A DNA stretch of 64,000 bases from the NCBI RefSeq assembly GCF_009914755.1, contig NC_060929.1, one strand, 5' to 3'. The number at the start of each line of letters is the position of its first letter. Positions within the stretch are counted from its first letter, which is position 1. Below are positions 14,219 through 29,155 of the stretch, one piece after another. The position numbers and the translations under genes were made by a program. The notes beneath the pieces are model-generated. The model ran no database searches. It saw nothing but the letters and a program-made list of their open reading frames with translations, and was not told where the DNA came from. The DNA is from the human T2T-CHM13v2.0 reference genome, Homo sapiens.

Positions 14219-14798
14219 TAGCCAAACTGCCAGGAATTAACAGCTGTTAATCGTTCCACCACTGTTGCCAGTTTTTTGTTTGTTTTTTTTTTTTTTTTTG
14301 GTGAGCTATAATGTGTTCAATAAGACCATTTATTTCTGTCAAAGTCAAATAATGATGTTTGAGATAGAATTAATTCTTTGTATCTTGATTTACTATAATC
14401 AAAACGTGTTAATTAACCTTTGAGCTCAAACAGTAATCATAGTTGATGCGTACTTCATTTTGGCTTAATTTGCGTGGATATAGTAATGGCTCGTTAAATC
14501 AATTAACATTTGTCAATTAATTAACATGTATTAAATATTCTCAAGACAAAATAATTAAAACACATTTAAATTCCATAATTCCACAACTGCTCTGGGTTTT
14601 GGTGATGAATGAAAAGTGAAGAGGATGGGGAAAAAAATGAATATCTGGGTCATCATACAACCATTTTGTTTTTAGAGACAATTTCAGTTCATAGGAGCAC
14701 CACCCAGCAGACAATGAAAATTCAAATTTAACAGTTGATTCAAATTGAATAGTCAATGACAGTCAGTTCAAATGGAATAGCCAAAACCCAAATTGAAT

Positions 14799-15078
14799 AG
14801 TGGTTCATGCCAATAATCTCAGCACTTTGGGAGGCTGAGGCAGAATTTTGCTTGAGGCCAGGAGTTCCAGACTAGCCTGGTCAACATAGCAAGACTCCCA
14901 TCTCTGCAAAAAATAATAAAAAAATTATCTAGGTGCAGTGGTTGGCACCTGTTCCTATCTACTCAGGAGACTTAGGTGGGAAGACTGCTTGAGCTCAGGA
15001 GTTCAGGATTGTGATGAGCTATCATCAAACCACTGCACTCCGACCTGGGTGACAGAGTGAGACCCTGTCTCAAAAAAA
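14799..15078 (+). mobile_element. AluJ, slightly 5'-truncated
   Basis: Diverged Alu dimer with short A tail. Confidence 0.88.
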
Positions 15079-15299
15079 GTCAATGAGTCAGTGACGGACT
15101 CCTTCTCTTCTCCTCTCTCTTCTTCATTCCCCATATCCAATTATTTACAAACCCTGATTTTAAGTTCAAATATATATTAGATATATTTTTCCCTCTTCAT
15201 CCTGAATATTCTTCTTATAGTTCTCATGCCTCACCTGGACTATTGCAATAACCTCCCAATAGGTCAAAATCCTTATTGCTTCAGAATAGGCTACCTACA

Positions 15300-15725
15300 G
15301 TCAGTGGCAGAGAGTGCTAGATATTCACCATAATCCTTTTTCTTCTTCTGGGCACATAATTGGGTTGCATTTCCCAGCTTCCCTGAGTTTGGTTTGGCCA
15401 TGAGACCTAGTTCTAGACAACGGAATGTAGGCAGAAGTGATTTGTTCCACTTCAAGGCTTGGAGCATACAACTTCCTGCAGGAGTGCCTCTATGCCCTTT
15501 TCCCTTTCTGATTGACTGGGATGGTGACCCCAGGGCAAATTTGATGATGGGAAGATGGTAGAGCCATTGTTAGCCTGGGTTCCCAAATGACTGCACCATC
15601 CTCTACCATCAGCACTGCAGACTGGAATCATCACCTTGTATTGCCTTGTGACTGAGAAGTCAACACCTCTTCTGGTGAGACATTACTTGTTGGGCTTTAT
15701 TTGTTACAGAAGCCTAGCCTTCCTA
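15300..15725 (+). mobile_element. MLT1-type MaLR LTR
   Basis: gcatttcccagcttccct...ggccatgagacctagttct...ttgttacagaagcctagcc. Confidence 0.6.
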
Positions 15726-16117
15726 ATGTGTGTGAGTGTAGGCAAGTGTGATTTCTAATTACATATGCACACACACACATGTCATTCATATTTTAATGGT
15801 TCTGATATCAATCCTACATGTATGCCTTTTATCGCCTACTCTTTCATATTCTGTTTGACCTAGGCTGTCTTATTCTCATGGCCTACAGTGTCATTAATTG
15901 TAGGTGCTTTCAGACCTTATTGCCATTAACTAAATATCAAAATACAAATTAATTAGTAGCTTCCACTTCTACCACTTGTTTTCTTTGTTTTCAGTCCACA
16001 GAAGCCACACACTGTCTAAACTATGTCGACAGAAGAAGACAGTAGGCCTGCTTATCTGCCCTTTAGGGATACCATGATTTAGGAAGAAAATACATATCTT
16101 GACAGTACTGTTTGAAA

Positions 16118-16218
16118 GGTACTGGCAGGTGCCTCTCCCCAATGTTCCCTCCGCATCCGCATTCTGTAGGGCATGCTGAAGCACAAGTAGCTGGACTGCC
16201 TTTGGGGGAATCCGAACA
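16118..16218 (+). repeat. Local duplication block A, copy 1 (partner 26451-26545)
   Basis: 85/95 identical plus a 6-bp ccgcat tandem duplication in this copy. Confidence 0.9.
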
Positions 16219-17481
16219 CTATCACTTCAAAAACACCTAAACAGATCCATTTTGTTTCAAAACATCTAGCCTGGATCCACTGTGGTAATAGAGGGACAAT
16301 TTGCCCAGGTGAACTCAAAGTAACCATGAGTGGCCTCAATGTTATTTTAAATAACTTTCTTGTGAACTATGTCATTTTCTCATCTGTATACCCAAGGTCA
16401 CCACATAACTGGCATTATTTTCATATGTAATATGACCAAAGAAGAAATAAATAAAATCAAAGACACAGAGGATGGTAATATTTTCTGACTTGCAGAGCCA
16501 GGGGTCATGGGTTCTGAAGTCCATCTGTCTGAGTTCAAGTCCCCGTAGCTCACAGGTATGTACGATTCTGGCCAGCTACTTAAATTCTCTCAGCTTCGGT
16601 TTCCTTGCCTCTACAATAGGGAAAATACTACCAATCTCCTGACACTGTGGTAAAGATTAAATGAGAGAATTTATGCTCATTAGCATAAAATCATGCTTGT
16701 AAAGCCTGATGCATGCTTAGGAAAGAAACTGATTAGGAAAGAAACAGGACTAAAATGTCAGGAGTCATAAGACCCATTCATCTCCTTCCTTCAACAAATT
16801 GGCTTACTGTAAGCATGAAAACCTTTTCTACCTCTGAAGCTGAATTCTTTACCTCTAAATGGAGATAAGATGACAGAAAATGTGATAACTCATTTTAGAA
16901 ATCAAACATAAATCAAAGCGAAAACATAGCTCAAATGCAAGCAATTATAGTATTTGATGCAAGAAATTTTGGAGGTGGTTTGAATTTACCTATTTATTGC
17001 TTCTAGTCAATTCCATGACCAATCATGTTGATTACTTTATATAAAATAATTTTATATAGTTAAATTGTCAATTGGTGCTAAAATCCACCAGAGAGATAGC
17101 AGATCAGAGTGGGAAGAGACAGAAGGTTCATCATCCAATTGTGTCTTCAGAGAAATCAGTTAACTGTTACAAATCTCTTTTTCTATTTGTAAGTCAGTAT
17201 CAGTGAGACACTTACCTACTCATCAGGACCACGAAAAGGAAAAAATAAGAGACTATGGAGTCTGCGTGAGTGACGCAGAAGACGGGTGATTTCTGCATTT
17301 CCATCTGAGGTACCGGGTTCATCTCACTAGGGAGTGCCAGAAAGTGGGCACAGGACAGTGGGTGCAGCGCACCGTGCACCAGCCAAAGCAGGGCGAGGTA
17401 TTGCCTCACTCGGGAAGCGCAAGGGGTCAGGGAGTTCCCTTTCCTGGTCAAGGAAAGGGGTGACAGATGGCACCTGGAAAA

Positions 17482-17664
17482 TCAGGCCACTCCCACCTGA
17501 ATACTGCGCTTTTCCGACGGGCTTAGGAAATGGCACACCAGGGGATTATATCCCGTACCTGCCTTGGAGGGTCCTACGCCCACGGAGTCTCGCTGATTGC
17601 TAGCACAGCAGTCTGAGATCAAACTGCAAGGCGGCAGCAAGGCTGGGGGAGGGGCACCTGCCAT
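17482..17664 (-). other. L1 ORF0 (antisense ORF in 5'UTR), truncated at 60 codons
   Basis: MAGAPPPALLPPCSLISDCCASNQRDSVGVGPS is the ORF0 N-terminus; TGA at 17482-17484; GT donors after ORF0 nt 106 and 191. Confidence 0.88.
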
Positions 17665-18246
17665 TGCCCAGGCTCACTTAGGTAAACAAAGCAGCCAGGA
17701 AGCTCGAACTGGGTGGAGCCCACCACAGCTCAAGGAGGCCTGCCTGCCTCTGTAGGCTCCACTTCTGGGGGCAGGGCACAGACAAACAAAAAGATAGCAG
17801 TAACCTCTGCAGACTTAAATGTCCTGGGCTGACAGCTCTGAAGAGAGCAGTCGTTCTCCCAGCACGCAGCTGGAGATCTGAGAACGGGCAGACTGCCTCC
17901 TCAAGTGGGTCCCTGACCCCTGTTCCCCGAGCAGCCTAACCGGGAGGCACCCCCCAGTAGGGGCAGACTGACACCTCACACGGTCAGGTACTCCTCTGAG
18001 ACAAAACTTCCAGAGGAACGATCAGACAGCAGCATTCGTGGATCACGAAAATCCATGGTTCTGCAGACACCACTGCTGATACCCAGGCAAACGGGTCTGG
18101 AGTGGACCTCTAGCAAGCTCCAACAGACCTGCAGCTGAGGGTCCTGTCTGTTAGAAGGAAAACTAACAAACAGAAAGGACATCCACACAAAAAACCCATC
18201 TGTACATCACCATCATCAAAGACCAAAAGTAGATAAAACCACAAAG

Positions 18247-19263
18247 ATGGGGAAAAAACAGAGCAGAAAAACTGGAAACTCTAAAAAGCACAGTGCATCT
18301 CCTCCTCCAAAGGAATGCAGTTCCTCACCAGCAATGGAACAAAGCTGGATGGAGAATGATTTTGATGAGTTGAGAGAAGAAGGCTTCAGACGATCAAACT
18401 ACTCTGAGCTACAGGAGGAAATTCAAACCAAAGGCAAAGAAGTTGAAAACTTTGAAAAAAATTTAGACGAATGTATAACTAGAATAACCAATATAGAGAA
18501 GTGCTTAAAGGAGCTGATGGAGCTGAAAGCCAAGGCTCAAGAACTACGTGAAGAATGCAGAAGCCTCAGGAGCTGATGTGATCAACTGGAAGAAAGGGTA
18601 TCAGTGATGGAAGACGAAATGAATGAAATGAAGCAAGAAGGGAAGTTTAGAGAAAAAAGAATAAAAAGGAACAAACAAAGCTTCCAAGAAATATGGGACT
18701 ATGTGAAAAGACCAAATCTGCCTCTGATTGGTGTACATGAAAGTGACGGGGAGAATGGAACCAAGTTGGAAAACACTCTGCAGGATATTATCCAGGAGAA
18801 CTTCCCCAATCTAGCAAGGCAGGCCAACAATCAGATTCAGGAAATACAGAGAACACCACAAAGATACTCCTTGAGAAGAGCAACTCCAAGACACGTAATT
18901 GTCAGATTCACCAAAGTTGAAATGAAGGAAAAAATGTTAAGGGGAGCCAGAGAGAAAGGTCGGGTTACCCACAAAGGGAAGCCCATCAGACTAACAGTGG
19001 ATCTCTCGGCAGAAACTCTACAAGCCAGAAGAGAGTGGGGGCCAATATTCAACATTCTTAAAGAAAAGAATTTTCAACCCAGAATTTCATATCCAGCCAA
19101 ACTAAGCTTCATAAGTAAAGGAGAAATAAAATCCTTTACAGACAAGCAAATGCTGAGAGATTTTGTCACCACCAGGCCTGCCCTAAAAGAGCTCCTGAAG
19201 GAAGCACTAAACATGGAAAGGCACAACCGGTACCAGCTTCAGCAAAATCATGCCAAAATGTAA
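18247..19263 (+). pseudogene. L1 ORF1, disrupted by one nonsense codon at 18574-18576
   Basis: MGKKQSRKTGNSK...SLRS* followed by in-frame continuation to ...QNHAKM*. Confidence 0.95.
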
Positions 19264-19326
19264 AGACCATCGAGATTAGGAAGAAACTGCATCAACTAAC
19301 AAGCAAAATAACCAGCTAACATCATA

Positions 19327-23150
<3,824 letters not shown>

Positions 23151-24163
23151 ACAATGAGAATACATGGACACAGGAAGGGGAACATCACACTCTGGGGACT
23201 GTTGTGGGGTGGGGGGAGGGCGGAGGGATAGCATTAGGAGATACACTTAATGCTAAACGACGAATTAATGGGTGCAGCACACCAGCATGTCACATGTATA
23301 CATATGTAACAAACATGCACATTGTGCACATGTACCCTAAAACTTAAAAGTATAATAATAATAGAAAAAATGAGACTACCTATGAAAGTGGTTTGTAAAT
23401 TACATACTTTATAAATTGTTATACTCAAATTGTTATTTTTATATTAGCTGCTAATAGTTTACTTCACTTTAACTGGCGAGATGAGTCATGAAATGTCAAA
23501 AATGCTGAATGATTTGAACATGTGATTACTTTGCTGCAAAATCCTCTTTTGCATTGTTACATTATATTAACAAGTTTGTATACTGCATATTCAGATTTCA
23601 AATAGGTGAGAAATGATTTTGATGCTTCAAAGGATGTAATTGGTTCTAGAAATGAAAAGACAAATACCTAGCCAAATTTCTGGAGCATGAAAATAGGGGC
23701 CAGCATGATGTCATCATGCTTATTTTCTTCTTCCTCTATATTCTAATTCTTTCAATAAGCCAAAATGAATTTTTTAAATGCAAGCACTCAAACAAACCAA
23801 AAAGAAAAGAAAAAAAATCACTGATATGGCGAGCTATACAATTGTTTTAACAAGTTTTGTCTTAGGTTTCCGTTCCATCTGTGATTACTTCACAATTTTA
23901 AACCAAGTCTCAAAACTAGGTTTTTGAGAAATGTGAATCAGGCCTTTTCAGTCATCCTTCATCATAGGATCATTGTAGTTTATAGCTGAAAGGGACATTA
24001 GAGATAATCTACACTTGCCTTATCATTCTGTAGGCCAAAAAAAAGGCTCAGAAAGATAGATGAATTCGACATAATCACACAGCCGAATGCCCAGGCTTCC
24101 TAGCTTAGTTCAGGGTACTTTTCACTATATCTCACTACATTTGTTCTCCTTCCCTATATATAA

Positions 24164-24440
24164 ATTTTTAGCTTCCCTTTCCAATGACATTTTAAGTCAA
24201 CCACCAAACAGTTGGCACTTGAACATAGACCACCCAGGGGTCTTCACTGGTCAGTTTACCTTTCTCTGTCTTGTATCCCTGATCTCAAAACAGGTTTCTT
24301 AAGGATGGGGACTGCATAATGATTTCAAAGGGCTGCACAGACATTATTCTGTGTGATATACACAACATCCTTCAGAATTGTACACGGCAGGAACTCTCAT
24401 TTGGTTGGGTCAGGTAGAATCAGATTAAAAGCTAGACAAT
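24164..24440 (+). repeat. Local duplication blocks C (24164-24395) and B (24411-24440), copy 1
   Basis: C aligns ungapped to 26686-26917 (~207/232); B aligns to 26287-26316 (28/30). Confidence 0.92.
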
Positions 24441-24661
24441 ATATCTATACAATTTCACAAGTTATATAATTTACATAATTTTTTTTCCATTTAAAGAGTT
24501 ATGGGGGTAAGGAGGGAGGGGAGGGCATGGGTCTGATTGCTTCCTTTTGTTTTCACAATAGAATATATTTTAATGCAAACTCATTTTGAAATTTTCACAT
24601 GAATTTAACACTCCTAGCTTTTTTCCATGTAAAACCAGGCCAGGGGTAGGAAATGTCTTAC

Positions 24662-25768
24662 CTCGCTCCAGTTTCCGACGATCCAGTGTGCAGAGCCGTG
24701 GCCGTTTGTGAGCTGCTTGTAATTGGAGGCATTTAGCAAAAAGCCCTCAGTAATCAGACTTGTTGCATCCTCCTCAGTCAGGACTGGTTCAGAACTTTTT
24801 GTTTGGTTCATGTTGTTTGGAAGTTTCAGGTGGTTACGGTTTGCCGTCTTTCCTGAGGGTTCTGGCTGGTGGTCTCCTCCCAGAGGGAGCAGAGTGTTGG
24901 CTGGCTTTTCAGTAACCATCCCCTCAACTCTGGGTGTCCCAGTTTCGGAAGTAGTGGGCCTTTGGCTGGGGAGCAGTCCTTCCATTACTGTGCTGAAGGG
25001 TGGCCACCAGGACTCCCTGCTGAGATCTGGTGTTAGTGGAGGTGCAAGTGGCATTTCTGTACTTTCCACTGGAGCGTCATTTCCAGGTACTCTGATCTTG
25101 GTCCATATTACAGGATTGCTTTCATCTTTGTCCTCAGGCTGTTCTCTTTCTTCCCCTGAGCCACTGTGAATCTCCATTTCTGGACCTTTGGTCAAGGTAT
25201 TGTAAAATGGAGTCACAGGCCAAGTGATAGGGTTGCGGGAAGATGACAAGCCAGAACCACTTGTTGTTGTAGCTACAAGGCCTCCCTCCGAGGTAGGACC
25301 AGTATCTGAACTGGAAACATTTTCCTCACTTGGCTGAATGCTCAAGGATTGGGAAGTGAGGATGGGCTGGGAAGTGCTTCCAGTGGAAATGAGATAGCGA
25401 GAGCTCAGCTCAGGTTGGGTTGAGCTATCTTGCCACTGTTTCCCACCCAGGTCTCCTTCTTTGGAGGCTGTGGTAGGACTAGGGCTGCTGATTGCTGGAG
25501 TGCTTGTGCTCATAGACTCAGGCCCTGTGGGTGTGGTCAGCATTCTGGGCCTGGATGTAGGTGGAGGGACGGGCTTTAGTGTTGGTGGGTTTTTTCCATT
25601 GGAAATAGTGCCTTTGTTTGGTTTCAGAACTCTCCGGCTAGAAGGGCATTGCTGGAGGCCACACAGAGCTCGGCTGTTGGGTTTCCTTGTCACATCGCAA
25701 GGTTCATCATGGTTCTTGGCACATGTGACACTGCGAATCCGCACTCCACCACCACAGGAAACAGAACA
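24662..25768 (-). CDS. ADAMTS12: ADAMTS12 large coding exon (1107 bp, 369 codons): TSR body, mucin-like spacer-2, start of next TSR ([12 protein letters not shown]...HWIVGNWSE)
   Basis: Overlaps ORF 24614..25744(-); acceptor tttctctcttctag|TGT, donor GAG|gtaaga; phase 0 to 0; S/T/P-rich insert between TSRs is the ADAMTS7/12 architecture; peptide recognised as ADAMTS12. Confidence 0.97.
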
Positions 25769-26286
25769 CTAGAAGAGAGAAACAGCTGTTAGCCTGGCGA
25801 GAGAAGATGCTTTTATTCTCATGGTTAGGTCTATAACAGATCAAAACAGGCCTGATGGAAACTAAACTATGCAGCTAAAATTGTCTGCTATCTACATTTG
25901 GTTTCTGTGCTCTTTCAGTTTTCCATGGAAATATGTATCTCCTGGAGACCAGCTGGGACTCAGTCTCAACCATTTATTCTTCACAAACTGAAAATGTAAA
26001 CCATGATGTAGTCAAACTGCAGTCCCTTTGGGCTGTGAATCATGGATGGCGGGATCCACAATGAATGCAATGGTTTACACAAGTTGCTAAATCTTTTAAA
26101 GAGCTAGTAAGTCACACTGTCTCTTTTCTGGGATTGTGATTTTATTAAATTAATGTATAATGTGTGCATATTCTCTGGAATATGAAATTCGGTATAAGGA
26201 ACCTTTCCCTTTCTATTTAGAAAGCAACTATCATAACTCACACATTTTCCCCAGGTACCTTAAGCTCCATTTTCACTTGCCTATGG

Positions 26287-26917
26287 CAGGTGGAATCAGA
26301 TTAAAAGCTAGATAATCACCATACTCACACAGGTGCATAGATCCAAGACCTACTCTAAAATTTAAAGGTACATAGTTAATCAAAGGTAGGAAATAGCCTT
26401 TCCCAAGGAGTTCGGTCAATCCCTCAGCATGGCACTGAGGTATATATTCGGGTACTGGTAAGTGCCCCTCCCCAATGTTCCCTCCACATTCTGTATGCCA
26501 TGCTGAAGCCCAAGCAGCTAGACTGCCTTTGGGGGAATCCTAACAGAACAGGCCTTCCTCAGGATACATGGTAAAGAATCTTCATTGCATCAATTTCAAC
26601 ACCTGTGAATGGCAGATATGGAGTTGCTATAAAACACTAAATGTCTAAATATTTTGAAAAATCCGTACTTTTACCAAATGGTTCCATTTTTAGCTTCTCT
26701 TTCCAATGGCATTTGAAGTCAACCACCAAATAGTTGGCACTTGAGCACAGACCACCCAGGGGTCTTCACTGGTCATTTTACATTTCTCTGTCAGGTATCC
26801 CTGACCTCAAAGCACATTTCTTAAGGATGGGGACTGCATAATGATTTCAAAGGGCTGCGCAAACATTATTCTGTGTGATATACATGACGTCCCTATGAGA
26901 TGTACAAGGCAGGAACT
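26287..26917 (+). repeat. Region holding partner copies of blocks B (26287-26316), A (26451-26545) and C (26686-26917)
   Basis: Direct-orientation matches to 24411-24440, 16118-16218 and 24164-24395. Confidence 0.9.
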
Positions 26918-28783
26918 GTTATTCTGCCTCCCACAAGTGAGGAGCCTGAGGCCCAGGAACTCACTTGAAAGGCGGCAAGTCAGTCATAGAATAAGCATTA
27001 GATTTATTTTTACCCCCATCCCCAAACCTAGTGCAACACACTGTACAAGTAGCTGTCCATGGAGTTCACTCAGTGACTTTTGATTTATTAAAAGCTATCC
27101 AAAGGCAGGAACTGTTTTTTATTCATAATGGAATTCCAGGATAGTTCTGAGGACACAGTGATCACCTTATACATATTAATTAAGTGACTCTTTTACCTGG
27201 AAAAAAAAATCAGGAATGGAAAAATTCTCACTCATGAGCTTCTGCATTTAGATTAAGTTCCTTGCCTTCTCAAGTTCTATTTTCAGTTTTCTCTAAGTAG
27301 GAACATAATATTGACATAGAAAACTTCTCCTTTATTTTGTTTCAATCAAACATAATCACTTACTGATGTAAAACAGCTCTGTGAAATCAGCTCTTTTGAA
27401 AAGCAGATGCTGTGAGCACAGGAGAATGTACAGCTGAAGGAGTGTCGAACTGTGTTTGGACCCAACCAGTGAAGCTGTGGATTTAAGATGTCCACAAAAT
27501 ATTAAAGCAAGTCACTCCAAGATGGAACTTCCAGATTTGTTTTGAAATAATAATAATAATAATTTGGGCGGAAATGATGCTTAATGCACAATCATTTCCC
27601 ACCAAAGTGGGGGCTACCAACTGCAAGTGTCAGAGCCCAACAGGGAGGAAACAGTCTCTTCTGGCATGGTCCATGACTCACTTCTCCCTGGACCTAGAAA
27701 GGGAAGGCAGGAGGTATTTATCTTCCTGGTTTGCTGCACTGTTTCTTCCCTTCTTGTGTAGGAAGATACTCTGTGCTCCATCTATTTTAGTCACGCTGAG
27801 TCCCTCTCCATTTATTACATTCTAATCTGAACTTCTTGGATTTTCAAATCCCCACTTTGTAAAACTGATCAGTTTTGTATGTGTGAACACATTTCCACGC
27901 TGGCTGCCTCAGGCAGGCTCAGTCTTGAGAGCTGACTGATAACTGAGGTCCCAGCTACTGCCAACTCTTCTCAGGCAACAGGTGGCTCTCTTTCGGCTTT
28001 CCTTTCCATGAAGTATTAGACTAGATAGTAACATAATAGGAAACGTTTCTATTTTTATTTTCTTTCTCTTCTTTCTCTTTTTCTTTTTGGTTTGTTTTGA
28101 CTTGAAATGTTGCTAATATCTCTAAAGAAGTTAGCTTTACTTGTACACTTTTACAAAAAAAATTTTAAATGCCAAAGTATAGGATCATATCCCCTCCACC
28201 TCCCCATTGAACTATGAAGTCAAAAAACTATAAAACCTCTGAGAAATAGCTTAAATTCCCTGATGTATCATATTAACTCCTTGTGTGATTCGGTGACTAA
28301 GTCAGCTTCCTCACCTGGAAACAGAGACAGCAGCACCTACCTTTGCAGGCTACTGTGTGGATTACCTTCAACAACAGGCTTAACAGAGGTGGCATAACAT
28401 ATGAAGACAATTAGTGATTGAAAGCTATTATTATCACTGTTCTAATAATGATGCTGATAATAATAATAGTGATCATAACAAAAGGCTTGGGGTTCCCCAA
28501 TTTCTACTGCCCTTGTGGGTGACACACAGAATTGTCTCAACAGGGAGGTGTGACGTGAGCAGCTGTCTTGGTGAGGTAGGTGCAGGCACATGTCTACAAG
28601 ATACTGTGGAGATCCACACACCCCCTACTGGTTTACTGCTGGATGTTTTTAGATTCAGATTTCCTAGAGCCAACCGATGGATATGTGGTTTTCAAATTTA
28701 CCAATAACAAGAACTAAGTAATCTTACTGATGGTGTGAATTTGCTCAACCTAAAAGGGTAAGGCAGGAGTGAAGAAAAGCTAC

Positions 28784-29155
28784 TGTATTAGTTTGTTTTC
28801 ATGCTGCTATAAAGAAATACCAGACAGGGAAATTTATGAAGGAAAGCAGTTTAATTGACTCACAGTTCTGCATGGGTGGGGAGGCCTCAGGAAACTTACA
28901 ATCATGGTGGAAGGGGAAGCAGACACATCCTTCTTCACATGGCGGCAGGAGAGACAAGTGCAGACTGAAGTGGGGAAAGCCCCTGATAAAACCCTCAGAT
29001 CTCATGGGAACTCACTGTCACAAGAACAGCACGGGGGAACAGCTCCCATGATCTAATCATTCCCCATGAGTTCCCTCCCTCAACACATGGGGATTACAAT
29101 TTGGATTACCATTCAAGATGAGATTTGGGTGGGGACACACAGCCAGACCATTTCA
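28784..29155 (-). mobile_element. THE1 (C/D-like) solo LTR, same orientation as ADAMTS12
   Basis: TG...CA termini; perfect 5-bp TSD gctac at 28779-28783 and 29156-29160. Confidence 0.9.

Noticed and set aside
23190-23230. G-quadruplex-like G runs (also 9367-9400)
   Set aside because: Standard L1 3'UTR feature, not locus-specific.
24723-25772. Plus-strand ORFs of 148 and 103 aa overlapping the big exon
   Set aside because: Antisense shadow of the ADAMTS12 frame; non-ATG starts, no independent signals.
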